From: Clostridia bacterium
Lineage (GTDB): Bacteria; Bacillota; Clostridia; UBA1212; DUPL01
DNA: 64,000 bases
Assembly: GCA_050951325.1 (NCBI GenBank)
Contig: JBMNIW010000012.1
Location: 735,039-799,038 of the forward strand
Reading direction: 5' to 3'
Below, piece after piece: positions 20,072 through 29,760 of this stretch. The notes beneath the pieces were generated by a model. That model was given only the letters and a program-made list of their open reading frames with translations. It had not been told where the DNA came from and did no database searches. The position numbers and the translations under genes are program-made. Each line of letters opens with the position of its first letter. Within the stretch, counting starts at the first letter, position 1.

Positions 20072-21049
20072 TCAAACGAATAAATAATGTCCAACAGGCT
20101 GCAAGTCAGGTAGATCAAGTTTAAGATCTAAAACCAGGAAGGAACGTATGTCATAGCACAAGTCGCATTTGCCTTTATACTCTTCTTTTGGTACATATCC
20201 ATACTTGTTAACTGCCAGATTGCAGAGTCCTGCAACACCACTGCTTTCAAGACTGTAAAGCACCTTATACTTTTCTTGGTCTGCTCCTTTTATCAGTTCA
20301 TCAATCTTTATAGAGAAACCAGGACATGATTGGGGAATAAAGTTTTCATAAAGGTCCAAATGGAAGTGATATACACCGGAAAGAAGGCCGCAGGGTCTTG
20401 AAGAATTCATAATGTCATTAAAGCTTTGCATCTTCAACTGAGATTTAAAGGTTTTGAATGCTCTTCCTTTCAAGTTTATGCCGTATCTTCCGAGGAGATT
20501 ATCTATGTAACTTTTTCCAAACTTTCCCTCATACTCCTTTAACGAGTGGGTTGTTCTCTCATCAAAGGAATCCAAATCAGGCCAGAATTCCATTTGCCAG
20601 GGGAAAACTCCAACTCCCGCATTGTAGCATGCCTTGATAAGGCTCTTTGTTTTCCAAAAAGGTATATACTCATTATGGAATGGATCGATGGATATGAGTA
20701 GGGTATCGACGCCATGTTCTTTAATGTCATATAGAATGGACATGGTTTTGTCTTCATCGATATACCAGGATGCATTTGTTTCAATATATTCCACAGACAC
20801 TCCATTATTTGCAGCTGAGGCAAGAACCTTCAAAAGCTTTTCAGGCTGCAAAAAAGGTTCTCCTCCGCCAATATGCACGGAGTGGCAACCTTGTTTTTTC
20901 AATATTCTGAAAATGTTGCTTGCAGTGGTTTCGTCCATGTAGTCTCTTTCCCATTTTGGCGAACAGGAATAGGAACAGTGTTTGCACTTTGAAGAACATT
21001 TGTAATTGGTTATTACTCCACCTGATACAAGTCTGTTTACCTTGAGCAT
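20072..21049 (-). CDS. Radical SAM protein
   Basis: CSSKCKHC (CxxxCxxC), GGGEPFL, ETNA, ISID and a C-terminal CDLC. Confidence 0.88.
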   Translation of the reverse strand: MLKVNRLVSGGVITNYKCSSKCKHCSYSCSPKWERDYMDETTASNIFRILKKQGCHSVHIGGGEPFLQPEKLLKVLASAANNGVSVEYIETNASWYIDEDKTMSILYDIKEHGVDTLLISIDPFHNEYIPFWKTKSLIKACYNAGVGVFPWQMEFWPDLDSFDERTTHSLKEYEGKFGKSYIDNLLGRYGINLKGRAFKTFKSQLKMQSFNDIMNSSRPCGLLSGVYHFHLDLYENFIPQSCPGFSIKIDELIKGADQEKYKVLYSLESSGVAGLCNLAVNKYGYVPKEEYKGKCDLCYDIRSFLVLDLKLDLPDLQPVGHYLFV

Positions 21050-21149
21050 ATTCATCCCTTTTTCACTTATTTTGTAATACCAGTATAGTATATCACAAGA
21101 TAATAGTATATAATATACGCATTGTATAGATGAGACAGGTGGTGCGAAT

Positions 21150-23003
21150 ATGTTAAGAGAAAACAGACTCACTTTTTACACATCAAAGGAGATTGAGCCG
21201 AAGGGGTGGCTTGTTTCACAGCTTAAAATTCAGGCAGAAGGATTGTCTGGAAATCTGGACAAAGTCTGGCCGGACGTAAGAGACAGTAGGTGGATTGGTG
21301 GAGTACGGGAAGGTTGGGAAAGAGTACCCTACTGGTTGGATGGATTCATACCCCTTGCATATTTGCTCAAGGACGAAGATTTGATTGACAGGGCGAAGAA
21401 GTACATAAACGCAATTATAGAGGGTCAAAAAGAAGATGGGTGGATTTGTCCCTGCAATGATAATGAAAGAGGAAGATATGATTTATGGGCCTTGTTTTTA
21501 ATACTAAAGGTTCTGGTTTTATACCATGATTGCTCCGGAGATGAAAGAATTGAAGATGTGGTATACAAGGCGTTGGCCAATTTAAAAAGACATGTGGCTG
21601 GAACAACTCTTTTTAACTGGGGTATGTCAAGATGGTTTGAAGCCCTTATTCCGATTTATTGGATGTATAGAAGAAGAGAAGAAGAATGGCTGTTAAGGCT
21701 TGCAAGGACACTGTATGCCCAGGGTATGAATTACAAGGCGTTGTATGACAACTGGGATGATATGGAGCCAAGAGCGGAGTGGACCTTTCAAACTCATGTG
21801 GTAAATGCTGCAATGGCAATTAAGTCAGAAGCACTTATGTCCCAGGCTTTGAAGAAGGAGATGGATGCGGATGAGTTTGCTGAAAAGATGTACAGTCTTC
21901 TAATGGAGTACCATGGCATGGCAACCATGCACTTTACAGGCGATGAATGCTTTGCAGGCAACAGCCCAATTCATGGTACTGAACTATGCAGTGTGGCGGA
22001 AGCCATGTATTCATATGAAAAGATATTTGAAGTAACAGGCAAAACAAAATGGCTGGACAGGCTTGAGAATCTTGCCTTTAATGCTTTTCCCGCAACAAAC
22101 AGTGAAGACATGTGGACGCATCAATACGTTCAGATGACCAACCAGATTGAATGCAGTCGTTTCAAGAACAGACCCATATTCTACACCAATGGACACGAGG
22201 CAAATCTTTTTGGTTTGGAGCCTAATTATGGGTGCTGCACTGCAAACTTCAACCAGGCATGGCCAAAATTTGCTTTAAGCACATTTGCCCATAATGAAAA
22301 AGGTATTTATTCTGCTGTAATTGCTCCAGCCAAATTGAACACGAGAATAAATGGTGTAAATGTATCAATAGAATGTATTACGGATTATCCATTCAAAAAC
22401 AAGGTGACTTATGTATTAAAAGCTGAAGAAAAGACCCGATTTACATTTGGAATACGCATACCTTTATGTGTGGAGAGTGCAACGGTTGAAGGCAAGGCCG
22501 TTGAAATGGGGGCAATGCATGAGATTACAAGAGAATGGCATGAAGACACGGTTGAGGTTGTATTTGAATTCAAGCCAAAACTTGTGGAAAGACCTAATGA
22601 CATGTTCTGCTTGTGGTACGGACCTTTGCTTTTTGCACTTCCAATCAGGGAAGAGTGGGTTGGTTACGAGTATACAAGAGACAATGTTGAAAGAAAGTAT
22701 CCATATTGCGATTATGAGGTCCTTCCACGTTCAAAATGGAACTATGCCTTTGCCAGCAAGGATTTCAAGGTAAGCATAAATGGAATCAAGGACAGACCTT
22801 TTTCAAGAAACAAACCTCCTGTAGTTATATCTGCGGAAATGTATGAGATAAACTGGGGTTATGAAGAAGGATACGATAATGTATGCAGAGAGACTCCTCT
22901 TTCAAGAGAACCGATTGGAGGCAAGGTTGAAATGATCCTGATTCCTTATGGATGTAGCAATCTTAGGATGACAGAAATGCCGCTGTTAACATGTTGTAAT
23001 TGA
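21150..23003 (+). CDS. Cytoplasmic beta-L-arabinofuranosidase-like cysteine glycosidase (GH127/146-like)
   Basis: PKGWL..QL, GWERVPYWLDG, HVVN, GTELCSVAE, YGCCTAN, TDYPF, YGPL, LIPYG. Confidence 0.85.
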   Translation: MLRENRLTFYTSKEIEPKGWLVSQLKIQAEGLSGNLDKVWPDVRDSRWIGGVREGWERVPYWLDGFIPLAYLLKDEDLIDRAKKYINAIIEGQKEDGWICPCNDNERGRYDLWALFLILKVLVLYHDCSGDERIEDVVYKALANLKRHVAGTTLFNWGMSRWFEALIPIYWMYRRREEEWLLRLARTLYAQGMNYKALYDNWDDMEPRAEWTFQTHVVNAAMAIKSEALMSQALKKEMDADEFAEKMYSLLMEYHGMATMHFTGDECFAGNSPIHGTELCSVAEAMYSYEKIFEVTGKTKWLDRLENLAFNAFPATNSEDMWTHQYVQMTNQIECSRFKNRPIFYTNGHEANLFGLEPNYGCCTANFNQAWPKFALSTFAHNEKGIYSAVIAPAKLNTRINGVNVSIECITDYPFKNKVTYVLKAEEKTRFTFGIRIPLCVESATVEGKAVEMGAMHEITREWHEDTVEVVFEFKPKLVERPNDMFCLWYGPLLFALPIREEWVGYEYTRDNVERKYPYCDYEVLPRSKWNYAFASKDFKVSINGIKDRPFSRNKPPVVISAEMYEINWGYEEGYDNVCRETPLSREPIGGKVEMILIPYGCSNLRMTEMPLLTCCN

Positions 23004-23053
23004 TTTGTGAGCATGGTAGAATTAATCAAGTATTTATTTTGGAGGGCCTATTT

Positions 23054-23797
23054 ATGAGCAGAGTTGCAAGAGTAGCAAAGATAGCAGTAACGGCCTTGAT
23101 TTTAGTTTTGATTTCAACCGGTTGTATGAGAGCTGAGTTTGTTATTGAGCTAAATGAAGACGGTACCGGTACTTTATCGAATGTATTTGCCATGACAGAG
23201 GAGGCGTACAATCTTTTTTTGGAGAACGGGACCGATCCGTTCGAAGATTATACGACGGACAAAAAAGTAATAGACGGTGTGAGTTATGTTTATTATACTG
23301 AAGATTTGGGTAAGATGACTTTTAAAGAAATAGAGGAAGAACTATTGGAGTTCATTCCAGATACTGATAGTGATGATCCTATTCCTCTGTTCAAGGATGC
23401 ATCAATTAAAAAGAAAGCGTCGCTGTTTAAAAACGAGTACAGATTCAAGATGGTTACTAACAAGGATGCTGTTACCGATAACGAGACAATGAGTGCAAGT
23501 GAACTTATGACAGTGTTGGTGTCGGTAAAAATGCCTGGAAAGGTTATATCCCATAAAGTAAATGATAATGTGGTGAATATAACTATTGATGAGTACAGCG
23601 AGGAAAAGACTTATGAGATTGTTTCAACTTCAAGCAATACTTTGGTTATAGGGATTCTGGTATTGTTGTTGTTCTTTTTGATAATTGCTGTAGTTGTAGT
23701 TGTTGTTATTGTTGTGGTATTGAAAAAGAAAAAGGATGCAAAAGTTCAGGATTCTACATATACTCCGGCAGCTGAAGAGACAGATCAGGAATTATAA
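23054..23797 (+). CDS. LppM/DUF3153-like lipoprotein with C-terminal TM
   Basis: Lipobox STGC followed by ..ELNEDGTG. Motif VKMPGKV. Long hydrophobic tail plus KKKK. Confidence 0.6.
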   Translation: MSRVARVAKIAVTALILVLISTGCMRAEFVIELNEDGTGTLSNVFAMTEEAYNLFLENGTDPFEDYTTDKKVIDGVSYVYYTEDLGKMTFKEIEEELLEFIPDTDSDDPIPLFKDASIKKKASLFKNEYRFKMVTNKDAVTDNETMSASELMTVLVSVKMPGKVISHKVNDNVVNITIDEYSEEKTYEIVSTSSNTLVIGILVLLLFFLIIAVVVVVVIVVVLKKKKDAKVQDSTYTPAAEETDQEL

Positions 23798-23837
23798 TAT
23801 GTAATTAACAAAATAATTGGAATTGAAACTATTTGGC

Positions 23838-23867
23838 AAAACCTCCCTGTTTTTCAGGGGGGTTTTT
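23838..23867 (+). terminator. Rho-independent terminator
   Basis: AAAACCTCCCTG-TTTTT-CAGGGGGGTTTTT. Confidence 0.75.
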
Positions 23868-23954
23868 AACACAAGTTAATACATATTTTATTCAATATAA
23901 CAGATGGATTTAATACAATATAAGTAGAAACAAAAAGCAAAGGACGTATCGTAT

Positions 23955-25322
23955 ATGTATGTTTTCAGAAAATATATTGTATTATTTCTGTCAATATGTT
24001 TTGTTGTATTATTCTTGTCATACATTGAGTTAAATAATGCAGAAACTGAGCCAAGCCCTGGTATGACAATAGAACCTACAATTCTTCCAACACCCAAACC
24101 AACAGAAGATAATGATACTACGCTGCCCGAATACATAGGAGGTTCATTGTCAGGACCGTTTGAAAGTTCCGGAGACACGGTTGTTTACAAGGTGGATAAT
24201 ACAACAAAGGAGCAGTATGAAAATTATGTTGAAAAGATTATGCAAAAACGATTTGAAAATGTACTGAGCAACGATGTTAACGGAAATTTATACAATACCT
24301 TTGTTAAAAAAGACAGACTTGTACACATCAGCTATTTTAAGCAATCTACCAGTGTAATAATCGTATACGAAACAAGGGGTTTTCTGCCCAAAAGCGTTCA
24401 AAAGCTCAATTCAAAAAGGAAATACCAACCATTGCTCACACAAATTAAACTGGACAGTAATGATATGCTTGAAGGCATGTCGTACGTGTTCAGACTCTCT
24501 GACGGCTCCTTCTTCATAATTGATGGAGGATGGCCTGAAAAAGAACACAGTGAAGCAAAAAAACTTTACAACCTTTTAAGAGAGCAAACCAGTGAAGAAG
24601 AAATCGTAATTCAAGGATGGCTGCTTACTCACTGCCACAGTGACCATATCGGCACTTTCAATGACTTTGTCATACAGTATCATGACAAAGTGACAATCAA
24701 ACAGGTTTTATACAACTTCCCTTCAGATGATGACATATTAAACAGCGACAGTCCCCATATGCTTGACGACCATCTGGGTCGGTACAAAACCTTTAAAAAG
24801 GTAATCGGTACATATTTATATGAAACAGATATTGTTAAAATACACAGCGGTTACAAGTTTAATTATGTGGATGCGGAGATAGAAATTCTGCAAACCCACG
24901 AGGATTTCTATCCAATAACTATTCGGGATAGCGGAATGAATCTCTCTTCTGTATTATTTACCGTGACTATTGCAGAGCAGAGGATTATCTTTCTTGCTGA
25001 TGCAAACGAAATGGCAAATGACAGACTTGTATTGAATTTCGGTCAGTATTTGAAATCGGATATGATGCAAGTTGCACACCATGGTTACAGTGGTGGAACC
25101 GTTGAATTGTACAAGATTATTGATGCTGAATACATGCTATACCCTGCTCCTGTAGAGTTCTACAAAGGCAATCTAAGGCATGACCACAACAGGTACTTTC
25201 TATTTGAAAGCAAAACGGTAAAACAGGTATTCACAATGGGATTTCATCAGTTTACCCTGCCCTTGCCATATACAGCTCCTGAAGGTGCTAAAAGAATTCC
25301 GTACAATCTTTTCAAACATTAA
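23955..25322 (+). CDS. Exported metallo-beta-lactamase-fold hydrolase (ComEC/Pce-like)
   Basis: N-terminal hydrophobic anchor and PT linker. IIDGG, THCHSDHIG, FLAD, VAHHG. Confidence 0.8.
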   Translation: MYVFRKYIVLFLSICFVVLFLSYIELNNAETEPSPGMTIEPTILPTPKPTEDNDTTLPEYIGGSLSGPFESSGDTVVYKVDNTTKEQYENYVEKIMQKRFENVLSNDVNGNLYNTFVKKDRLVHISYFKQSTSVIIVYETRGFLPKSVQKLNSKRKYQPLLTQIKLDSNDMLEGMSYVFRLSDGSFFIIDGGWPEKEHSEAKKLYNLLREQTSEEEIVIQGWLLTHCHSDHIGTFNDFVIQYHDKVTIKQVLYNFPSDDDILNSDSPHMLDDHLGRYKTFKKVIGTYLYETDIVKIHSGYKFNYVDAEIEILQTHEDFYPITIRDSGMNLSSVLFTVTIAEQRIIFLADANEMANDRLVLNFGQYLKSDMMQVAHHGYSGGTVELYKIIDAEYMLYPAPVEFYKGNLRHDHNRYFLFESKTVKQVFTMGFHQFTLPLPYTAPEGAKRIPYNLFKH

Positions 25323-25382
25323 TGTATTGTTTCGCTGTTTAAGTATGATAAAATTAAGTGGAAAGATTAATACGTAGAAGGG

Positions 25383-28316
25383 GTGTTGCAGTTGAGGAAA
25401 TTGTCACGGGCATTTATGCTTTTGCTTTGTATTGTAATTCTTGCTGGTTGTGGTACTGAAGTAAAGGAACCCCCACCAAGAGATACCAGTGGTGATACAA
25501 AATTGTCTGCATCCATGGTATATGCAAACAGTATAGCCAATAAGGTTCAGGCATATTATGACAGGCCTGATCGAAGCAGTTATACGATAACAAATACACA
25601 AATTGAACTGGTTCACGATCTTATGAAACCAGGATCAAAATATGTAACAGCACTCAAATCAAACAAGGGAAAGACTTACTTGAAAAATACCATGGATATC
25701 TTTGTTAAAGATACCGACGGAAACGTCTATTATGCATCCAAGTCTCCCAGTGCAGGTAGAATTAACACCACAAGACTTGGTTACTACTATTATGAATCCC
25801 ATGTGAGGGATTTGGGGTTTGGACAATCCGATGTTTCCGTTTATGGAAAAAAGCTTGATTTGGGCGGGTTTAATCATGGAAGCTGGCACAAGAATAAGGA
25901 CGTTAAAGATGTATATTACAAAGATGGAACCATGGTGATTGAAATTGCCTCTGGTGCTGATCCGTATGTAAGCAGAACCGGAATTCATGTGGATCCCGCC
26001 ACATACAATGCAGTCGAAATTACAATGAAAGTAGAAGGGGATGCCCAGTCTGCACAATTGTATTTCTATACATTGGATACTTCCGGTTTCAATGAAAACC
26101 AGAAAATAAACTTTAGCGTAAATGCTGATGGTAAATATCATACATATTTATTGGATCTTATGGGGTCGGGAGTGTTTAATTCGCCTATGGTAGGAATCCG
26201 TCTTGATGTTGGTTCTGCTGCTGGCGAAAAGGTAACTGTCAAATCTCTAAATGCGGTCCAAACTGATGCTTCTTCAGTTCCGTTGAAACTTGAGAAGACT
26301 TTTCACACTTATTCCGATAAACTACACCAAGAATACAGGCTTATTGCTGCAAATGACTGTGATGTTCTTGGTGCATTTGGACTTGAGGTAAAAATCAGCA
26401 AGAAGACAGTATCGAAGATACAGTACAAGGACAAAAACGGAACAGGTACCAATATCAAGAAGCTGGATGGGGGAAGTATTGAATATATTGCGTTTGACAT
26501 AAAGAAGGTAGGAGTTATTGGATTCATAATCCCACCTGATGGAAGTACGTCCTACTGCACTGTAACGGAAGACAAAAACAACTACATCTTCACCCAGTAT
26601 GCCAATGTAACAGATAACACCTTGAAAAAAATGGAGGAAATCATATTTGGCAGCAGGGTGTATACAGATACAACGCATTCTTTTAAAGGAATAGAGAAGG
26701 CCTGTGATATTGAGAGGAATCCTCTTGTTGATATTACCGTAACAGGCGAAGCAAATGGACAATTCTACGGATATGACCATATGGTTGGCATGTACAAGTT
26801 TGACATGGATGGTTCCGATTTCAACAAGGCATTTTACCGTGAGCCTGACAAGCATTTTGATGCAACCATATTAATGAAGAATGACAATCGCAACAGAGAC
26901 CTGTATATCTGGTTCAATACCGACAATGAATGTCTTGAAAGCGCTGCGATACTCGACGATACAAATACACAGGTTCCAATACCACTGCAGGTAGGTAAAA
27001 ACTTTGTTTATGAAAAGGAAGAGCCCTTTTATGATCCGGAAGATGTGATGTATGGTGATACAATATTCCCGCTAAGATTCAAAGAAAATGAGGAATCTCA
27101 GTTTACGGTACTGAATCTGTATCAGAACTGGGGAAAATACCCACTAAAGCAATTATCTTGGATACAGTTTCATGTATCATATTATCATTTGTCCACTGGT
27201 GTAACCGAGTCCAATTGTATAGCACCATACTATGTGTATGGAAAGGACGGCTGGACATTGCCCGACTTTAGAGGAGCCAGCGGAATAATGTGGTCTGGTC
27301 AGCCTCAGTTCAACTCTGTTGGAAGGCTGTATTTCCTGTCGTATATCAATAGCAAAGGTAAGAAAGTAATGACAGAGTACACGGACAGCTATATCCGTTC
27401 TTCAGGCAATACGTATGTTGATATGGACTACAGCTACATATCTGACTGCGGTTCGTTCAAGTATGTATTGAGGCATATTGAGTTTCCTCAAAAGGATGAA
27501 AATAGAACATATTACTCTTTGCGACTTGAGTTCCTAAAAGATCTGACAATAGACAATGTAAGAGAGAACCTATCCTTGTTTACATTTGACTCAAGGAACA
27601 ACAAGTTCTACCAAGCAGCTTATCTGGATGAGAATAACCAGCCGCAGAATATTTCTATTGATGTCTCTCAGCCCAATTCTCAGATATACAAGCTAGGAGA
27701 CCAGTCTCCTTACTTTGCATTTTTCGACCTTGAAAAGAAGGAGCAGGATATGAACTTTGGCTTCATCCTGAAAAGCAGCAGTGCTAGAATAGGGAAAAAG
27801 AAATACAATGGTGGATTTGTTTTCAAGAATACTTTTGACGGGCAAATAAATATTGGGACATTGTCCTTGGATTTAGGTAAAGTCAAGTTCAGAAAGGGAG
27901 ATTATATTAACCTGGATTTTATTCTTCTTCCATATGGATCCTTCAAGGTCAAAAGCGATGACAATGTAAGGTATGTAAGGGAAGACTCCTGCCTGAAACC
28001 GCTCAGTATTGAAGCGATAAAGGGAGAGGTTGTAAAGGATACATATCTGCCAAGAATAAAGTGTGAGAATAATCAGGCGGAGTTCACCATCATAGGTGGA
28101 AGGAACAACAACGTGGTTCGAGTAGACGGGTTTACGAATATCAAGAAGCCAAGGATTTATGAGCTTGTGGACGGTGAATATGTGCCAATCGAATTTTCAG
28201 TACATGAATACGATGGGTACACGGTACATTTCAACAGGGATGGAACATACAGTTTTTCCTTTGTGTTTGAGATGGAGAGTCCTGATTCTGGTAGAACATT
28301 TAAGGTTGAGAATTAG
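25383..28316 (+). CDS. Large (977 aa) beta-rich lipoprotein of unknown function with internal carbohydrate-binding-like module
   Basis: Lipobox LAGC. Internal DPYV..AQLYF..DGKYHTY.LDL..IRLD module. Rest unassigned. Start may be TTG 25392. Confidence 0.65.
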   Translation: MLQLRKLSRAFMLLLCIVILAGCGTEVKEPPPRDTSGDTKLSASMVYANSIANKVQAYYDRPDRSSYTITNTQIELVHDLMKPGSKYVTALKSNKGKTYLKNTMDIFVKDTDGNVYYASKSPSAGRINTTRLGYYYYESHVRDLGFGQSDVSVYGKKLDLGGFNHGSWHKNKDVKDVYYKDGTMVIEIASGADPYVSRTGIHVDPATYNAVEITMKVEGDAQSAQLYFYTLDTSGFNENQKINFSVNADGKYHTYLLDLMGSGVFNSPMVGIRLDVGSAAGEKVTVKSLNAVQTDASSVPLKLEKTFHTYSDKLHQEYRLIAANDCDVLGAFGLEVKISKKTVSKIQYKDKNGTGTNIKKLDGGSIEYIAFDIKKVGVIGFIIPPDGSTSYCTVTEDKNNYIFTQYANVTDNTLKKMEEIIFGSRVYTDTTHSFKGIEKACDIERNPLVDITVTGEANGQFYGYDHMVGMYKFDMDGSDFNKAFYREPDKHFDATILMKNDNRNRDLYIWFNTDNECLESAAILDDTNTQVPIPLQVGKNFVYEKEEPFYDPEDVMYGDTIFPLRFKENEESQFTVLNLYQNWGKYPLKQLSWIQFHVSYYHLSTGVTESNCIAPYYVYGKDGWTLPDFRGASGIMWSGQPQFNSVGRLYFLSYINSKGKKVMTEYTDSYIRSSGNTYVDMDYSYISDCGSFKYVLRHIEFPQKDENRTYYSLRLEFLKDLTIDNVRENLSLFTFDSRNNKFYQAAYLDENNQPQNISIDVSQPNSQIYKLGDQSPYFAFFDLEKKEQDMNFGFILKSSSARIGKKKYNGGFVFKNTFDGQINIGTLSLDLGKVKFRKGDYINLDFILLPYGSFKVKSDDNVRYVREDSCLKPLSIEAIKGEVVKDTYLPRIKCENNQAEFTIIGGRNNNVVRVDGFTNIKKPRIYELVDGEYVPIEFSVHEYDGYTVHFNRDGTYSFSFVFEMESPDSGRTFKVEN

Positions 28317-28321
28317 ATGTA

Positions 28322-28348
28322 AAAAGGCTGCCTCCGGTGCAGCCTTTT
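28322..28348. terminator. Bidirectional terminator
   Basis: AAAAGGCTGC-CTCCGGT-GCAGCCTTTT between convergent genes. Confidence 0.8.
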
Positions 28349-28351
28349 ACA

Positions 28352-28909
28352 CTATTGATTAAACATATCAGTCTGATATTGATTAGAGTGTCTTATTGTG
28401 AATTCGTTGGGATAAATAATATTTTTTGAAGAGATAATCAACAATGCTACTGGGGAAAGGAAAATATACAACACAACATAGGCTGTGGCGTTTCCTTCTC
28501 CTACAAATTGTTTGAATATGTGGTACGCACAAAGGCATGAGAGATATATTAGAAGAACAAATGCCCCTATTATTGCAAGCCAGCCTAATATAGGGATTAA
28601 TGATATTGGGCCTACTACCAAAGGTGTGACAGCAAGTATTATTCCCAGGTTGTCGAATAAAAAGTGCTGAGTCGTTATGTATTTAACCTTCTTAATCTCA
28701 TCCTTTGCAAGGTCACCTACAAGGTAAGCATTTGCTATAGGGATCCATGCAAGCCATGGGTTTTGATGGTTCATTTTCTTTGCAATTTTACTTAAGCCTA
28801 GTGCACTGAGAATGTAGGCTATGGCGCCAATGGCAAGGGATATCAAAGTTACAACCAACAATACCGCCAATATTGCGGTAATATTTACTTCTGAACTGTA
28901 ATCAACCAT
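28352..28909 (-). CDS. Multi-pass membrane protein (DUF5684-like)
   Basis: Several TM stretches and motif LSKIAKK..PWLAWIPIANAY. Confidence 0.65.
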   Translation of the reverse strand: MVDYSSEVNITAILAVLLVVTLISLAIGAIAYILSALGLSKIAKKMNHQNPWLAWIPIANAYLVGDLAKDEIKKVKYITTQHFLFDNLGIILAVTPLVVGPISLIPILGWLAIIGAFVLLIYLSCLCAYHIFKQFVGEGNATAYVVLYIFLSPVALLIISSKNIIYPNEFTIRHSNQYQTDMFNQ

Positions 28910-29055
28910 ATAGCACAACCTCTTTCAAATATACTTCTAAAATATTGTATCCCAAAACCTTAAGGATAACAACATGGAAGGCAGAGATGTTTACATGACT
29001 TTTTTAATTGTGTATAATACTCACAAATAAGACGAAGAAAAAAGAGGTGTATATT

Positions 29056-29751
29056 GTGAAAATCAAACTCCTTATTCTATTCGTAGGTTTGGTTTTTCTG
29101 TTGACAGGCTGCAAAGCTCCTGAAAAGCCGGAAGCAACTAAAACACCGATAGTTGCAGAAACACCTGATGCAACTTCAACACCTGAGAAAACACCGACAC
29201 CGGAGCCAACGGAAGAACCTGTGTATCCGACAGTTGAGCCCGGTACCGGGAAGTATCATGGCGGAATAGTCAGCGAAGATCCATACAAATATGAGGCGTT
29301 TGACGTTACAACCCATGACAGCACAGCAATTCACATAAGACCCGGCGACAGTGCCGCTTTACAGTTCTTTGCAACAACCTCCTTCGATGAATCAGGCTTT
29401 ATTTGTCCCAGTATGAGTGACAATATTGGAAGCCTTACACTTAAGCTTTATGCATGGATGGGTACATATGCCAAAACCGTTGAGCAAGAACCCTTGCATG
29501 AGAAAACTTTTGTTGATTTTAGCGATAATTCATGGCTAGTACTTCAGTTTGATCCGCTGCCTGATGGAGAATATCTTTTGGTTGCTGAAGATCCCGAGCA
29601 GGATGTGGGAGTCTGGAAGACAATTCCAGACTGGGATGCTGTAAGGACATGGATAAATGGCGTACCTGTGGAAGGTGTCATCAAAAACTATATAAGGTAC
29701 ACCAATACACCAAAGAATCTGTATTATCAAATAACTGATGTGGATTTTTGA
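29056..29751 (+). CDS. Lipoprotein with PT linker and single beta-sandwich module (family C)
   Basis: RBS GAGG, GTG start, lipobox LTGC. QFFATTSFD..LKLYAW..GEYLL resembles the N-terminal module of 35761-38175. Confidence 0.65.
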   Translation: MKIKLLILFVGLVFLLTGCKAPEKPEATKTPIVAETPDATSTPEKTPTPEPTEEPVYPTVEPGTGKYHGGIVSEDPYKYEAFDVTTHDSTAIHIRPGDSAALQFFATTSFDESGFICPSMSDNIGSLTLKLYAWMGTYAKTVEQEPLHEKTFVDFSDNSWLVLQFDPLPDGEYLLVAEDPEQDVGVWKTIPDWDAVRTWINGVPVEGVIKNYIRYTNTPKNLYYQITDVDF

Positions 29752-29760
29752 GGTAATGTC

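Noticed and set aside
23955-25322. Antibiotic-resistance beta-lactamase or competence ComEC
   Set aside because: Only the generic MBL fold motif is present. It lacks the ComEC membrane domain and class B beta-lactamase context.
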